Shown here: one piece after another, positions 18,016-27,680 of the stretch | Layout: each line of letters opens with the position of its first letter | Numbering within the stretch: position 1 is the first letter of the stretch | IMG/VR virus record: IMGVR_UViG_3300047121_000505 | Coordinates: 1-29,813 of that record | From: a virus | Lineage: Duplodnaviria > Caudoviricetes | Length of the DNA: 29,813 nucleotides | Strand: one strand, 5' to 3' | The notes under the pieces: generated by a model | Seen by the model: only the letters and a program-made list of their open reading frames with translations | Told to the model about the DNA's origin: nothing | Databases searched by the model: none | Translations under genes and position numbers: made by a program

Positions 18016-19260
18016 ATGAAAATTAGTGAATTATTATTGGAAGAAGCGTCTAAGGAAGATTTACCTGGAGCGGCACCTGGAGTAGAGGTTATGTCCTTAC
18101 AACAATTTGTTCAAGATCAAGAAGAACTAGATGAAGCAGAAAAGTTTTTAGGGGCACCACATCGTGATTATCCTGAAGATGAATTAACTGATTATCTACG
18201 TAGAAAACTTAGTCCTGAATTACAAAAAAAGTATCGTAGACCAAGTAAGAAACAACTTGGTAAAATGTCAGGTGAAGAGTATGAAGTTTATAAGCGTTTT
18301 AAACAAGACAAATTAATACGTCCTTATATTCATAGTGGCACTGTACCTATCGTTGATGGTAATAATCAATTATATGATTTACCAAAGTTAATGGCATCTG
18401 TTATGCAACGTCCAAAGAAATTACTTAAACAAAATGAAAAGATGCAACATAGCGATGGTAGCAGCAGTATATTTTTTAATATTGGATTACCTGCTTTAGT
18501 TGGTTTGGCAGTTGATGAAGATAGACAAAAATTTGTAGTAGTCAACACCTGCCCAGGCGCAGGTAAATGCGTACAAGTATGTTATGCCATGAAAGGTGGG
18601 TATGTACAATATGCTCCACCATCTGAAGCAGGATCTAGATCATTAAACTTTTTATTAAATGATCCTGATGGATGGAAAGCAATGCTTGAGAGCGAAATTG
18701 AATCCGCTAGAGATAGATTTCAGAAAAAAGGTACTCAAGTTATTATTCGTTGGCATGATGCAGGTGATTTCTTTAGTCCTGAATATTTAAACTTGGCTTA
18801 TGATGTTGCTAGAAAGTTTCCTGACGTACAATTTTACGCCTATACTAAAATGGGCGATGTAGCAACAAGTCAGCGTCCACAAAACTTTAGAATTAATTTC
18901 TCTATGGGTGCAAAATCAGGAGAATATAAGAAAGTTGAATTGTATAAAAAACAAACAGGTCAAGAAGTCAAACGTAGTGAAATTGTAGATCGTGATATGT
19001 TTACTGATTTAATGGGACGTGACGCAAACAATCGATTACGTTGGAAAAATGCTGAAGCATGGGAAACATTCAAACAACGTGCAGCACAAAAGTATGGCAT
19101 TAAACCACAATCTATTATTACTTACGATCAAATGATGTCCTTTAAGGATGGTACGAAATCTAATGGTCAACCATATTGGAACGTAGTCGTTGCCCCAGGC
19201 GATGGCGACGATAGTGCTAACCGTAATGACGTTATTATAACTTTATTGCTTGAACACTAA
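18016..19260 (+). CDS. GP88-family protein (Cys cluster, radical-SAM-like)
   Basis: TCPGAGKCVQVCYA, IRWHDAGDF, FYAYTK motifs. Confidence 0.7.
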   Translation: MKISELLLEEASKEDLPGAAPGVEVMSLQQFVQDQEELDEAEKFLGAPHRDYPEDELTDYLRRKLSPELQKKYRRPSKKQLGKMSGEEYEVYKRFKQDKLIRPYIHSGTVPIVDGNNQLYDLPKLMASVMQRPKKLLKQNEKMQHSDGSSSIFFNIGLPALVGLAVDEDRQKFVVVNTCPGAGKCVQVCYAMKGGYVQYAPPSEAGSRSLNFLLNDPDGWKAMLESEIESARDRFQKKGTQVIIRWHDAGDFFSPEYLNLAYDVARKFPDVQFYAYTKMGDVATSQRPQNFRINFSMGAKSGEYKKVELYKKQTGQEVKRSEIVDRDMFTDLMGRDANNRLRWKNAEAWETFKQRAAQKYGIKPQSIITYDQMMSFKDGTKSNGQPYWNVVVAPGDGDDSANRNDVIITLLLEH

Positions 19261-19678
19261 TATGCAACATTGGATGACATATGTTAAACATAGCTACGAG
19301 GTAATTCTTGCAGCAGAAGCAGCAGCATGTGTCAACCTTGATCCTGAAATAGAAGCATTTACTGTGCATATGTTTGCTAGACATATGGAAAACCCACATT
19401 TAAACAAAGAACCAATCGCAATAAAATTGATGGAAGCTATGAACGCAGAAGGTGAGGTTAAAAAGACCAACTTGACAAGACTAGCGGAAGAATGTATACT
19501 CATCGATGGATTGAAACTTAACCAAAAACGTTGGCCTAGTTCATCTTATTATATTGATATGGGTCAGTTAGCATTGGGTTATCGTGCTTATAGTGAACGT
19601 CCACCTGAAATGTTTTATGATCGTGTTGCACGTGAATTTACAACAATCACCAAGGTTATAGGGAATTGTAGAGTATGA
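19250..19678 (+). CDS. Hypothetical protein (start may be ATG 19262)
   Basis: 142-aa ORF, ATGA overlap with next gene. Confidence 0.7.
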   Translation: MNTNMQHWMTYVKHSYEVILAAEAAACVNLDPEIEAFTVHMFARHMENPHLNKEPIAIKLMEAMNAEGEVKKTNLTRLAEECILIDGLKLNQKRWPSSSYYIDMGQLALGYRAYSERPPEMFYDRVAREFTTITKVIGNCRV

Positions 19679-20199
19679 AAATTTTTGAAGTTACCAAACC
19701 TAAACCATTTGTGTTTGTTGATATGGATGGAGTATTAGCAGATTTTGATCAAGCTATTTTAAACTATGATGGTACAGACATAGAAAGTAGGGTAGATAGT
19801 CTGCGTAGCTTAGGACCACGTGGGGTAAAAGAATTTTTCGCTAATATGCCACCATTACCTGATGGTATGCGTTTAATTAAATGGTTAAATGATCACAATG
19901 TTGATTGGCGTATATTAAGCGCACCTTTACGTAGTAGTGGGGTTGATCCTAAAGACAGTCGTAAAGCAAGTGAAATTGGTAAGAAGGATTGGTTAGCCGC
20001 AAATTTAGGATGGGAAATTGCTAGGAAGGCAATATTTGAGCCTAACAAATGGAAGTGGGCAAATTATGGACACCAACGTGCTGTATTAATTGACGATACA
20101 CCCAAAAAAATTGATGCTTTTAAACAAGCAGGTGGTATTGGTTTGTTATATACTGATTTAAATTCAGTCATGCCACAGTTAAAACAGATATTCCTATAG
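19675..20199 (+). CDS. HAD 5'(3')-deoxyribonucleotidase-like protein
   Basis: VDMDGVLADF, ILSAP, K..W, LIDD, GG.G. Confidence 0.85.
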   Translation: MKIFEVTKPKPFVFVDMDGVLADFDQAILNYDGTDIESRVDSLRSLGPRGVKEFFANMPPLPDGMRLIKWLNDHNVDWRILSAPLRSSGVDPKDSRKASEIGKKDWLAANLGWEIARKAIFEPNKWKWANYGHQRAVLIDDTPKKIDAFKQAGGIGLLYTDLNSVMPQLKQIFL

Positions 20200-20270
20200 A
20201 TATATTATCCAAAAAATATTGTTTTTTTACAATTATACTGTAGACTAAGTACTTTCTCAAAGGAGTTATT

Positions 20271-20531
20271 ATGTCAACAGTTATGTTTTCAGCAGAACAA
20301 AAAGCCAAACTTACGCATTTAATCAATGAAGGTTGCCAAGTCATGCATGAAATTGAAACCATGCAAGAAGGATTAAATGATACGGTTAAAGCAGTTGCTG
20401 AAGAAATGAATATCAAAGCAACCGTATTAAAAAAAGCAATTCGTATTGCACATAAAGCAGAATTAGGTAAAGCAAGACAAGATCACGAACTATTAGAAAA
20501 CATTCTAGAAACCGTAGGTAAAACACTATAA
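20271..20531 (+). CDS. Small dsDNA-binding protein (T4 DsbA/GapR-like)
   Basis: Coiled helix then KAVAEEMNIKATVLKKAIRIAHK; AAGGAG SD; upstream of DNA polymerase. Confidence 0.55.
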   Translation: MSTVMFSAEQKAKLTHLINEGCQVMHEIETMQEGLNDTVKAVAEEMNIKATVLKKAIRIAHKAELGKARQDHELLENILETVGKTL

Positions 20532-20534
20532 TCT

Positions 20535-23258
20535 ATGTCATATGTTGACGCATTATTAGATCGTGAATCTGATAAAATTCACATTGTCGAACGTGATAAA
20601 AAAGGTAAACGCATTTATCAAGAATACAAAGCAAAATACCTTTTTTACTATACTGACCCAAAAGGAAAATACCGTAGTGTATACGGAGATTCCTTGTCTA
20701 AAATTACAGCGTCAAACAAAAATGAATTCATAAAAGAATTGCGCATACATCGGACTAAATCACAGATATTTGAAAGTGATATTAATCCTGTTTTTAGGTG
20801 CTTATCTGATAATTATTTGGATATGCCACCACCAAACTTGCATGTATGCTTTTTTGATATTGAGGTAAACTTTGATCCTGATAAAGGATTTGCCCCAACT
20901 GATGACCCATTCAACGCAGTAAACTCAATCTCTTTATACTTAGATTGGATGGACGCATTAATTACATTATGTATTCCACCTACAGGTTATACTGAAGAAC
21001 AAGTTAAAGAAACTGTTAAGCATTTTGAAAATACCATAGTTTGTAAAAATGAAATTGAAATGTTTAACTTGTTCTTTGACCTGATTGAAGATGCAGACGT
21101 ACTAACAGGTTGGAATAGTGGAGGATACGATATTCCATACATGGTTAATCGTGTTACCCAAGTTATGTCTAAGGATGATACTCGCAGATTTTGTCTGTTT
21201 AATCAATATCCACGCCAACGTGAATTTGTGCAGTTTGACCAAAAACAAGTCACTTATGACTTGGTTGGTCGAGTACACATGGACTATCTTGAATTATACA
21301 AGAAGTATAACTACGAACAACGTCATAGTTATAAATTAGATTATATTGGGGAAATGGAAGTTGGAGAAAAGAAAACCCAATATGAGGGCACACTAGACCA
21401 ACTTTATAACAAAGATTGGAAAACATTTCTTGAATATAACAGACAAGATACAATGTTGTTATATAAGATTCATGCTAAGCTTAAATTCTTAGATTTAGCA
21501 AACAGTATTGCACATCAAAATACAGTGTTGTTGCCTACCGTAATGGGTAGTGTAGCTATGATTGAACAAGCTGTTATTAATGAGGCACATTCACGTGGGC
21601 TTATTATTCCTGATAAACCATATCGTACTGAAGAAGATGAAACCAAAGCTGCGGGTGCATATGTCGCTTACCCTAAAAAAGGTATTCATGAATGGATTGC
21701 TGCAGTTGATTTGAATTCTCTATATCCATCAACGATTCGTGCATTAAACATGGCACCTGAAACTATTGTTGGACAACTTAAGCAAACATTAACCGACCAA
21801 TATTTATATGACAAAAGTCAAAAATTAGCACGTGAAAAGAAAAAGAATCGTAAGGTTGCGGAGGATGAAGAAGTTGAAGGAGAAGATGGTCCTATCTTAT
21901 GGGAAGGATTATTTGGCACACTAGAATATACCGCAGTAATGAACCAAGAGCGTGATACCATGATTACCATAGAATGGGAACGTGGAAAAGCACAAGAGTT
22001 CAGTGCTGCTGAGGTGCATAAACTTATTTTCGATAGTGGCAAACCATGGATCTTAAGTGCTAATGGTACAATTTTTACCTATGAGAATGAGGGGGTGATA
22101 CCTGGGTTGTTGACGAGATGGTATAGCGAACGTAAACAAATTCAAAAGCAACTTAAAGAAGCCAAGACTCCTGAAGAAGCAGAGTTTTTTGATAAGCGAC
22201 AACTTGTACGTAAGATTTTGCTTAATTCTGCATATGGTGCATTGTTAAATCAACATTGTCGATTTTATGATAAGCGTATTGGACAAAGTACGACACTAAC
22301 AGGTAGGCAAATTGTCAAGCACATGAGTGCAACCTTAAATGAATTAATTGCAGGTGAATATGATCACACAGGTGAAGCTATTGTTTATGGCGATACTGAT
22401 TCTTGTTATTTTAGTGGATGGCCTATTTGGTCAAAAGACGAAAATTTAAGAAAGAATTGGACTAAAGAATATGCGATTGAGATATACGATGATCTAGGTA
22501 ATACGGTTAATTCAACATTTCCTGATTTCATGCATCGTGCTTTTCATTGTCCACCAAAGAATGGAAATATTATTGTAGCAGGTCGTGAATTAGTAGCTGA
22601 TCGTGGATTATTCATTACGAAAAAACGTTATGCAGTTAATATCTATGACAAAGAGGGTAAGCGTTTAGATAAGAATGGTGCTACAGGTAAAATCAAAGCC
22701 ATGGGCTTAGATTTGAAACGTGCGGATACACCAAAGTTTGTTCAAGAATTTTTGTTTAGTGTATTAGAAAGTGTACTTGCAGGTGCGACCAAAGAAGATA
22801 CAATTCAGCAAATCATTGAATTTAAAAAACGTTTGCGTGATATGCCTAGTTGGAACAAGGGTAGTCCTAAAGCAGTTAACAAGCTAACACTATATGAACA
22901 AAAATTAAAGAAAAGTAAGGATGGCAAAGTCAACATGCCAGGCCACGTTCGTGCAAGCCTTAATTGGAATTTTTTACGTGAGTTAAATCATGATAACTAC
23001 AGTACTAAGATTACTAATGGTGCTAAGGTTATTGTGTGTAAGTTACAGAACAATGTTCTTAATTTTACAAGTATTGCGTACCCAACAGATGAGTTACGGT
23101 TGCCAAAATGGTTTACAGAATTACCATTTAATGATAAAGAAATGGAATATACGTTGGTAGATAAAAAGATTGATAACTTAATAGGTGGGCTTGATTGGGA
23201 CTTAGAACGAACCACTAACATTTATAATACATTTGATTCGCTGTTTACGTTTGAGTAA
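20535..23258 (+). CDS. Family B DNA polymerase (T4 gp43-like)
   Basis: Exo FDIE, GWN..YD, YNRQD; pol DLNSLYPS, KILLNSAYG, YGDTDS, KKRY; C-terminal clamp-binding TFDSLF. Confidence 0.97.
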   Translation: MSYVDALLDRESDKIHIVERDKKGKRIYQEYKAKYLFYYTDPKGKYRSVYGDSLSKITASNKNEFIKELRIHRTKSQIFESDINPVFRCLSDNYLDMPPPNLHVCFFDIEVNFDPDKGFAPTDDPFNAVNSISLYLDWMDALITLCIPPTGYTEEQVKETVKHFENTIVCKNEIEMFNLFFDLIEDADVLTGWNSGGYDIPYMVNRVTQVMSKDDTRRFCLFNQYPRQREFVQFDQKQVTYDLVGRVHMDYLELYKKYNYEQRHSYKLDYIGEMEVGEKKTQYEGTLDQLYNKDWKTFLEYNRQDTMLLYKIHAKLKFLDLANSIAHQNTVLLPTVMGSVAMIEQAVINEAHSRGLIIPDKPYRTEEDETKAAGAYVAYPKKGIHEWIAAVDLNSLYPSTIRALNMAPETIVGQLKQTLTDQYLYDKSQKLAREKKKNRKVAEDEEVEGEDGPILWEGLFGTLEYTAVMNQERDTMITIEWERGKAQEFSAAEVHKLIFDSGKPWILSANGTIFTYENEGVIPGLLTRWYSERKQIQKQLKEAKTPEEAEFFDKRQLVRKILLNSAYGALLNQHCRFYDKRIGQSTTLTGRQIVKHMSATLNELIAGEYDHTGEAIVYGDTDSCYFSGWPIWSKDENLRKNWTKEYAIEIYDDLGNTVNSTFPDFMHRAFHCPPKNGNIIVAGRELVADRGLFITKKRYAVNIYDKEGKRLDKNGATGKIKAMGLDLKRADTPKFVQEFLFSVLESVLAGATKEDTIQQIIEFKKRLRDMPSWNKGSPKAVNKLTLYEQKLKKSKDGKVNMPGHVRASLNWNFLRELNHDNYSTKITNGAKVIVCKLQNNVLNFTSIAYPTDELRLPKWFTELPFNDKEMEYTLVDKKIDNLIGGLDWDLERTTNIYNTFDSLFTFE

Positions 23259-23271
23259 ACATCTAAATTAC

Positions 23272-23299
23272 TTGATTATTACCAATAGAGTCTTATAAT
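23272..23299 (+). promoter_or_regulatory. Possible sigma70-type promoter
   Basis: TTGATT, 16-nt spacer, TATAAT upstream of the clamp gene. Confidence 0.45.
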
Positions 23300-23316
23300 C
23301 ATACAAAGGATAAAAC

Positions 23317-24036
23317 ATGAGAGATTATTTATTAGACTTGATTCAACATACTTGTTCATTAGGATTTATTGATCTTATTAAAGTAACAGGTACAGACAAG
23401 TCAACTATTATTAACGCAGTAGCAGATGATCATACTGTTATTGTGCAAGGAGTATTCCATACAGCACAGGATGATTTTATTGGTATGTTTGGTATGCCTA
23501 ATTTAACCAAACTCAAGACTATTTTAAAGTTTGAGGATTATGATAAAAACGCATCAATAACAATGACACGAACTAATGAAGGAGCACCAACTGCAATACA
23601 TTTTGAAACTGCTAATGGTGATTTTGTTAATGATTATAGATTAATGTCTGAGTTACTTGTTAAAGAACGTGTTAAAGCTGTTAAGTTCGCAGGTGCAATA
23701 TGGAACATACACTTTGAACCAAAGCTTGCAAATATCCAACGATTGAAACGACAAATGCAAGCCAATAGTGATGAAAACACCTTTGTTTTAAAACAAGAAG
23801 GCAATGATTTAAAAATTTATATGGGTAAAGCTACAACACATAGTGGTAATTTTGTGTTTGAAGCAAATGTTACGGGTAAGGTTACAAAATCATACTCATG
23901 GCCTGTTAGACAATTTATCAGCATCATGGACCTCCCAGGCGACAAATCCATCTACATCAGTGACTCACCCGCTATGCGCATTACAGTGGATAGTGGTTTA
24001 GCAAATTACGAATATATGTTACCCGCACAATTATGA
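23317..24036 (+). CDS. Sliding clamp (T4 gp45-like)
   Basis: 239 aa, alternating alpha/beta pattern, FG..NL, terminal Y.Y.LPA, directly after the polymerase. Confidence 0.7.
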   Translation: MRDYLLDLIQHTCSLGFIDLIKVTGTDKSTIINAVADDHTVIVQGVFHTAQDDFIGMFGMPNLTKLKTILKFEDYDKNASITMTRTNEGAPTAIHFETANGDFVNDYRLMSELLVKERVKAVKFAGAIWNIHFEPKLANIQRLKRQMQANSDENTFVLKQEGNDLKIYMGKATTHSGNFVFEANVTGKVTKSYSWPVRQFISIMDLPGDKSIYISDSPAMRITVDSGLANYEYMLPAQL

Positions 24037-24374
24037 TTAAAACTATAAACACAGGAAAAGGTATAAAAGTAAACCAAACATATCCCGCTGATATTTACAT
24101 CAGCCCAGGCGCACAAGGTGCAGGGCATGTTCGTTGGAATTCAAACATTAATTGTTTGGAAATTAATGATGGTAGTTATTGGAAATGCTTAAATTGGAAT
24201 TATCCGACCATAGAACTTGACACCGAGACGCAAGAAATACTAGAATGGGCAAAAAATAAAATGGCGCAAGAGCGAGAAGTTGAGAAATTAGCTAAAGAAT
24301 ATCCTGCTGTTGCTGAAATTAAAGAAAAAATGGATTTGATTTTAAATTTGGTAAAGGATCATAAAGGAGGGTAA
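24033..24374 (+). CDS. Hypothetical phage protein
   Basis: 113-aa ORF, ATGA overlap. Confidence 0.75.
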   Translation: MIKTINTGKGIKVNQTYPADIYISPGAQGAGHVRWNSNINCLEINDGSYWKCLNWNYPTIELDTETQEILEWAKNKMAQEREVEKLAKEYPAVAEIKEKMDLILNLVKDHKGG

Positions 24375-24376
24375 TC

Positions 24377-24595
24377 ATGCCATATCGTGAGCGAATCAAG
24401 CATTTAGAAGAATTACATCGTTTTGTTGACAAACAAATACTTGACATTGAAAATCAAAAGAGTTATATTCCTGAGCAAGTAACAACCTTAAAGAAACGTA
24501 AGCTACAATTAAAAGATGAAATTACTAGATTGGAACGCTTACAATTTGAAGCCACAAGTGGTCGTGAGACCGAAATATGGAGTGATGAAAGATAA
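24377..24595 (+). CDS. DUF465/YdcH-like coiled-coil protein
   Basis: H..VD.QI...LKKRKLQLKDEI signature; GGAGG SD. Confidence 0.75.
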   Translation: MPYRERIKHLEELHRFVDKQILDIENQKSYIPEQVTTLKKRKLQLKDEITRLERLQFEATSGRETEIWSDER

Positions 24596-24972
24596 TGGAT
24601 TATACTGAACAAAGAACTCTTGCAATGAAAGAACGCAAACAACGTGTCTTGGAGCAAAGTTTAATTTATGTTCGTAAAAAAAGTCGCATTAAAAACTTTT
24701 TTAATACATCAATTGAAGTAGAATGTAAAAACAATAACTTTGATATTTCTGTAATTAATCAGGTAATCAAAGATGTAAATCAAGCTGATATTGGAAAACC
24801 TAAATGTGATGATGATTTAAATTTTTGTAGTAAAATCTCAGATGAACTTTTCCAACGTCTAGCAAATCATTTTGTAGATAGTGACATTAAAATTACTACT
24901 ACAGAAAGCAGTGGTGGAGCAATCACCAAACATTATCGTAGTTATAAACCTAGTTTATCAATTAAAATTTAA
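24595..24972 (+). CDS. Hypothetical protein, possibly degenerate T-fold (QueD-like)
   Basis: 125-aa ORF, TAATG overlap; fold guess is weak. Confidence 0.6.
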   Translation: MDYTEQRTLAMKERKQRVLEQSLIYVRKKSRIKNFFNTSIEVECKNNNFDISVINQVIKDVNQADIGKPKCDDDLNFCSKISDELFQRLANHFVDSDIKITTTESSGGAITKHYRSYKPSLSIKI

Positions 24973-24985
24973 GGAAGCAAACAGT

Positions 24986-25213
24986 ATGAGTAAAGCAAGT
25001 AAAGGTCGTAACTTTTTCAGTACTAACGAACCAATTTTTGAACAGTTAGAAAATTATCTAAACTTTTGTAAGGATTATGGTTATCGTTATGATGAACGTG
25101 ATTTAACCAATATGCGTAGTTACGCTTTTCAGCAATACCAAAAGTTTTTGAAAAATAAAAATTTTAAAAACATGTGGGAAGAAGATTTGAAAAAGATGGA
25201 ATCAGATTATTAA
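24986..25213 (+). CDS. Hypothetical phage protein
   Basis: Start moved to ATG 24986 (AAGGA SD, removes overlap with previous gene). Confidence 0.7.
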   Translation: MSKASKGRNFFSTNEPIFEQLENYLNFCKDYGYRYDERDLTNMRSYAFQQYQKFLKNKNFKNMWEEDLKKMESDY

Positions 25214-25219
25214 TTTTCC

Positions 25220-25256
25220 AAACTTCCCCCATCTAAATAACAGGTGGGGGAAGTTT
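25220..25256 (+). promoter_or_regulatory. Hairpin with TAAATA in loop and G-rich SD in stem (may also terminate)
   Basis: AAACTTCCCCCATCT / AGGTGGGGGAAGTTT, TAAATA 25234-25239, ATG 25258. Confidence 0.65.
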
Positions 25257-25257
25257 A

Positions 25258-25893
25258 ATGTCTTTTATATACATATTTGAAAAATCAATACCTTATAGTT
25301 TTGAACAAGAAATATACGATACATTTACACGTATAAATTTTCCATGGTATGGTTTAAATTTAACTACATATCATGAGGTAGAAACTTCGTATGAAAATGG
25401 TGATCTAGTCAGAAAAGATTACTATTTTGACGAAAACACTTTTGAATATTATCATTTAACTCATCTTTTTATGGAAGATGATCAGATAATATCTCCATAT
25501 TATCCAATTATTAAAAAATTTATAAATTATATTAACATTGACCAAAATAAAATAGAAAGTATTGTCAAAGTTAAAGCTAATTTACAAACATTCTATAAGA
25601 CTGATAAACTTTATAATCCTCCTCATTACGATTATTATCGTTTAACTAAAGATAAAAAAGTGATAAAACCCGATGATAAGTATGTCGTAGGTATATATCA
25701 CGTCAACGACTCAGATGGCTTTACGTATATTTTTGAAAACGATGAAAAGCCATTCAAAATAAGTCATAAGGTTGAATCTAAAAAAGGTCAATTAATCTTA
25801 ATGGATGGATCCGTACTTCACGCAGGATCGCATCCAAAAACAGGATATAGAATCGTACTAAATTTTTTAATAAAGCTGAAAAATGATATTTAA
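25258..25893 (+). CDS. 2OG-Fe(II) oxygenase-like protein
   Basis: PHYD (HxD), YHVNDSDG.T, LHAGSHP, RIVLNF. Confidence 0.75.
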   Translation: MSFIYIFEKSIPYSFEQEIYDTFTRINFPWYGLNLTTYHEVETSYENGDLVRKDYYFDENTFEYYHLTHLFMEDDQIISPYYPIIKKFINYINIDQNKIESIVKVKANLQTFYKTDKLYNPPHYDYYRLTKDKKVIKPDDKYVVGIYHVNDSDGFTYIFENDEKPFKISHKVESKKGQLILMDGSVLHAGSHPKTGYRIVLNFLIKLKNDI

Positions 25894-26362
25894 CCGTATA
25901 AAAGAACTGAAAAATAGTGGTCTAAAAATTGGTATTACTTGTAGCCAATTTGATTTGCTTCATGCAGGGCATATTGCTATGTTATCTGAAGCCAAACAAC
26001 ACTGTGACTATCTTATCGCTGCCCTACAAAATGATGCTAGTTTAGATAGACCTACAAAAAATCGACCTGTACAGTCTATCGTAGAACGACAAATACAACT
26101 TAGTGCTACACGTTTTGTTGATGAAATTGTTATCTACAATACAGAAAAAGACCTTGAAGATTTGTTTCTTGTTCTGCCTATTGATATGAGAATACTAGGT
26201 ATTGAATACAAAGATAAAGATTTTACAGGAAAACAGATATGCCTTGACCGTGGGATAGAATTAATTTATAATGGGCGTGACCATAGCTTTAGCTCAAGTT
26301 CATTGCGCAAGCGTGTTATGGAGGCTGAAATGCAACGGGTCAATCAATCCGAAAAGTGGTAA
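25883..26362 (+). CDS. Cytidylyltransferase (TagD/glycerol-3-phosphate CTase family)
   Basis: FDLLHAGH (HxGH), ER, VDE, R...SSS motifs. Confidence 0.9.
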   Translation: MIFNRIKELKNSGLKIGITCSQFDLLHAGHIAMLSEAKQHCDYLIAALQNDASLDRPTKNRPVQSIVERQIQLSATRFVDEIVIYNTEKDLEDLFLVLPIDMRILGIEYKDKDFTGKQICLDRGIELIYNGRDHSFSSSSLRKRVMEAEMQRVNQSEKW

Positions 26363-26372
26363 AAATACCACA

Positions 26373-26401
26373 TTGTTATTTTATTATTATCCTGATATAA
26401 T
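26373..26401 (+). promoter_or_regulatory. Possible sigma70-type promoter
   Basis: TTGTTA, 17-nt spacer, TATAAT. Confidence 0.5.
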
Positions 26402-26424
26402 TAGGATATCTTATGGAGGTAGTT

Positions 26425-26631
26425 ATGAAATATCTTGTTGATCGTCCTGACTTTAAACTATACATGAATGTAGATTCATGTGTATCACCTACTGATTTAC
26501 GTAATGTTACGTTTACACGAGAACTGTGGGATGTAGAGAAAAATAAGTGTATAATGACTAGTACTTTTGAGTTGTTTATTCCACGTAAACAACTTAACGA
26601 ACTTGCCGCACAACTTATTGAGAATTCTTAA
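26425..26631 (+). CDS. Small hypothetical protein
   Basis: ATG 26425 preceded by GGAGGT SD. Confidence 0.7.
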   Translation: MKYLVDRPDFKLYMNVDSCVSPTDLRNVTFTRELWDVEKNKCIMTSTFELFIPRKQLNELAAQLIENS

Positions 26632-26633
26632 TC

Positions 26634-27680
26634 ATGCGTAGACTAGGATTTGCCTGTAAATGGATTGACAATGCTGATCAAGTCAATGGTATCAAACCCA
26701 CTGATGATTGCAAGAAATACAATACAGGTACTACAACCCGTACTTGGTTAAATAAACAAGTACGCAGTGTTGCTGAAGATAAACTTTGGAACTTAATGAA
26801 GGGTAACATCGAAGCAACACGGTTACTAGTCAAACGTGTAGGAGAATTAGATGAAGACCTTAGGATGGTTCGCCTTAGTAGTGATCTCCTTCCTGTATAC
26901 ACTGAGCCATCATGGAGTTATTTCTATCAGCAACCTGATGTTGTTCGATATCTTGAACGCCATTTTGCAGTTATTGGTGATAGTGCTAGAGAAAACGGTG
27001 TACGTTTGTCTTTTCATCCTGGTCAGTTTTGTGTTCTTGCTAGTGATAACGAGAATATTGTTGAGAATTCGTTAAAGGAGTTTGAATATCATGCGGATAT
27101 GGCCCGTTACATGGGGTTTGGAAAAAGCTTTCAGGACTTTAAGATCAACGTCCACCTTGCGGGTAAACAAGGTGCCACAGGTTTCAGACGTGCGTATGCA
27201 AAACTCTCACCCGAATCCCGCAGTTGTATTACAATTGAAAACGAAGAAATAACCTATGGACTCGATGATTGCCTTCAACTTAGTGATATTGTTCCTATTG
27301 TCCTTGATATTCATCACCATTGGTGTAAAACAGGACAGTATATCGCCTTGGATGATGAACGCATCGATAGGGTTATACATAGTTGGAGGGGTGTGCGCCC
27401 TGTCATCCATTATTCTGTCAGTCGTGAGGATGTATTGGTAAAACACGATAAGCATACTATGCCTAACTTTCAATTATTAACTGAAAGTGGTCATAAGAAA
27501 CAAGACCTACGTGCACATAGTGATTTCTTTTGGAACAGTGCAGTTAACCGTTGGGCAATGTCTCATTGGGTATGGGGTGATATGATGTGCGAAAGCAAAG
27601 CAAAAAATCTTGCTAGCTTTAAGCTGTATGAAGAACATAAAAAGAATAGTATGATTCTTGTAGAGGATTGTTATGTTTGA
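26634..27680 (+). CDS. uvsE: UV-damage endonuclease (UvsE/UVDE)
   Basis: LGFAC, RLSS, RLSFHPGQF.VL.S, IENEE, LDIHHH, HYS, AHSD, ESKAK. Confidence 0.92.
   Translation: MRRLGFACKWIDNADQVNGIKPTDDCKKYNTGTTTRTWLNKQVRSVAEDKLWNLMKGNIEATRLLVKRVGELDEDLRMVRLSSDLLPVYTEPSWSYFYQQPDVVRYLERHFAVIGDSARENGVRLSFHPGQFCVLASDNENIVENSLKEFEYHADMARYMGFGKSFQDFKINVHLAGKQGATGFRRAYAKLSPESRSCITIENEEITYGLDDCLQLSDIVPIVLDIHHHWCKTGQYIALDDERIDRVIHSWRGVRPVIHYSVSREDVLVKHDKHTMPNFQLLTESGHKKQDLRAHSDFFWNSAVNRWAMSHWVWGDMMCESKAKNLASFKLYEEHKKNSMILVEDCYV

Noticed and set aside
21770-22090. Intein or intron in the DNA polymerase between motifs A and B
   Set aside because: About 100-aa insertion lacks intein termini (N-terminal C/S, C-terminal HN) and endonuclease motifs; frame is uninterrupted.
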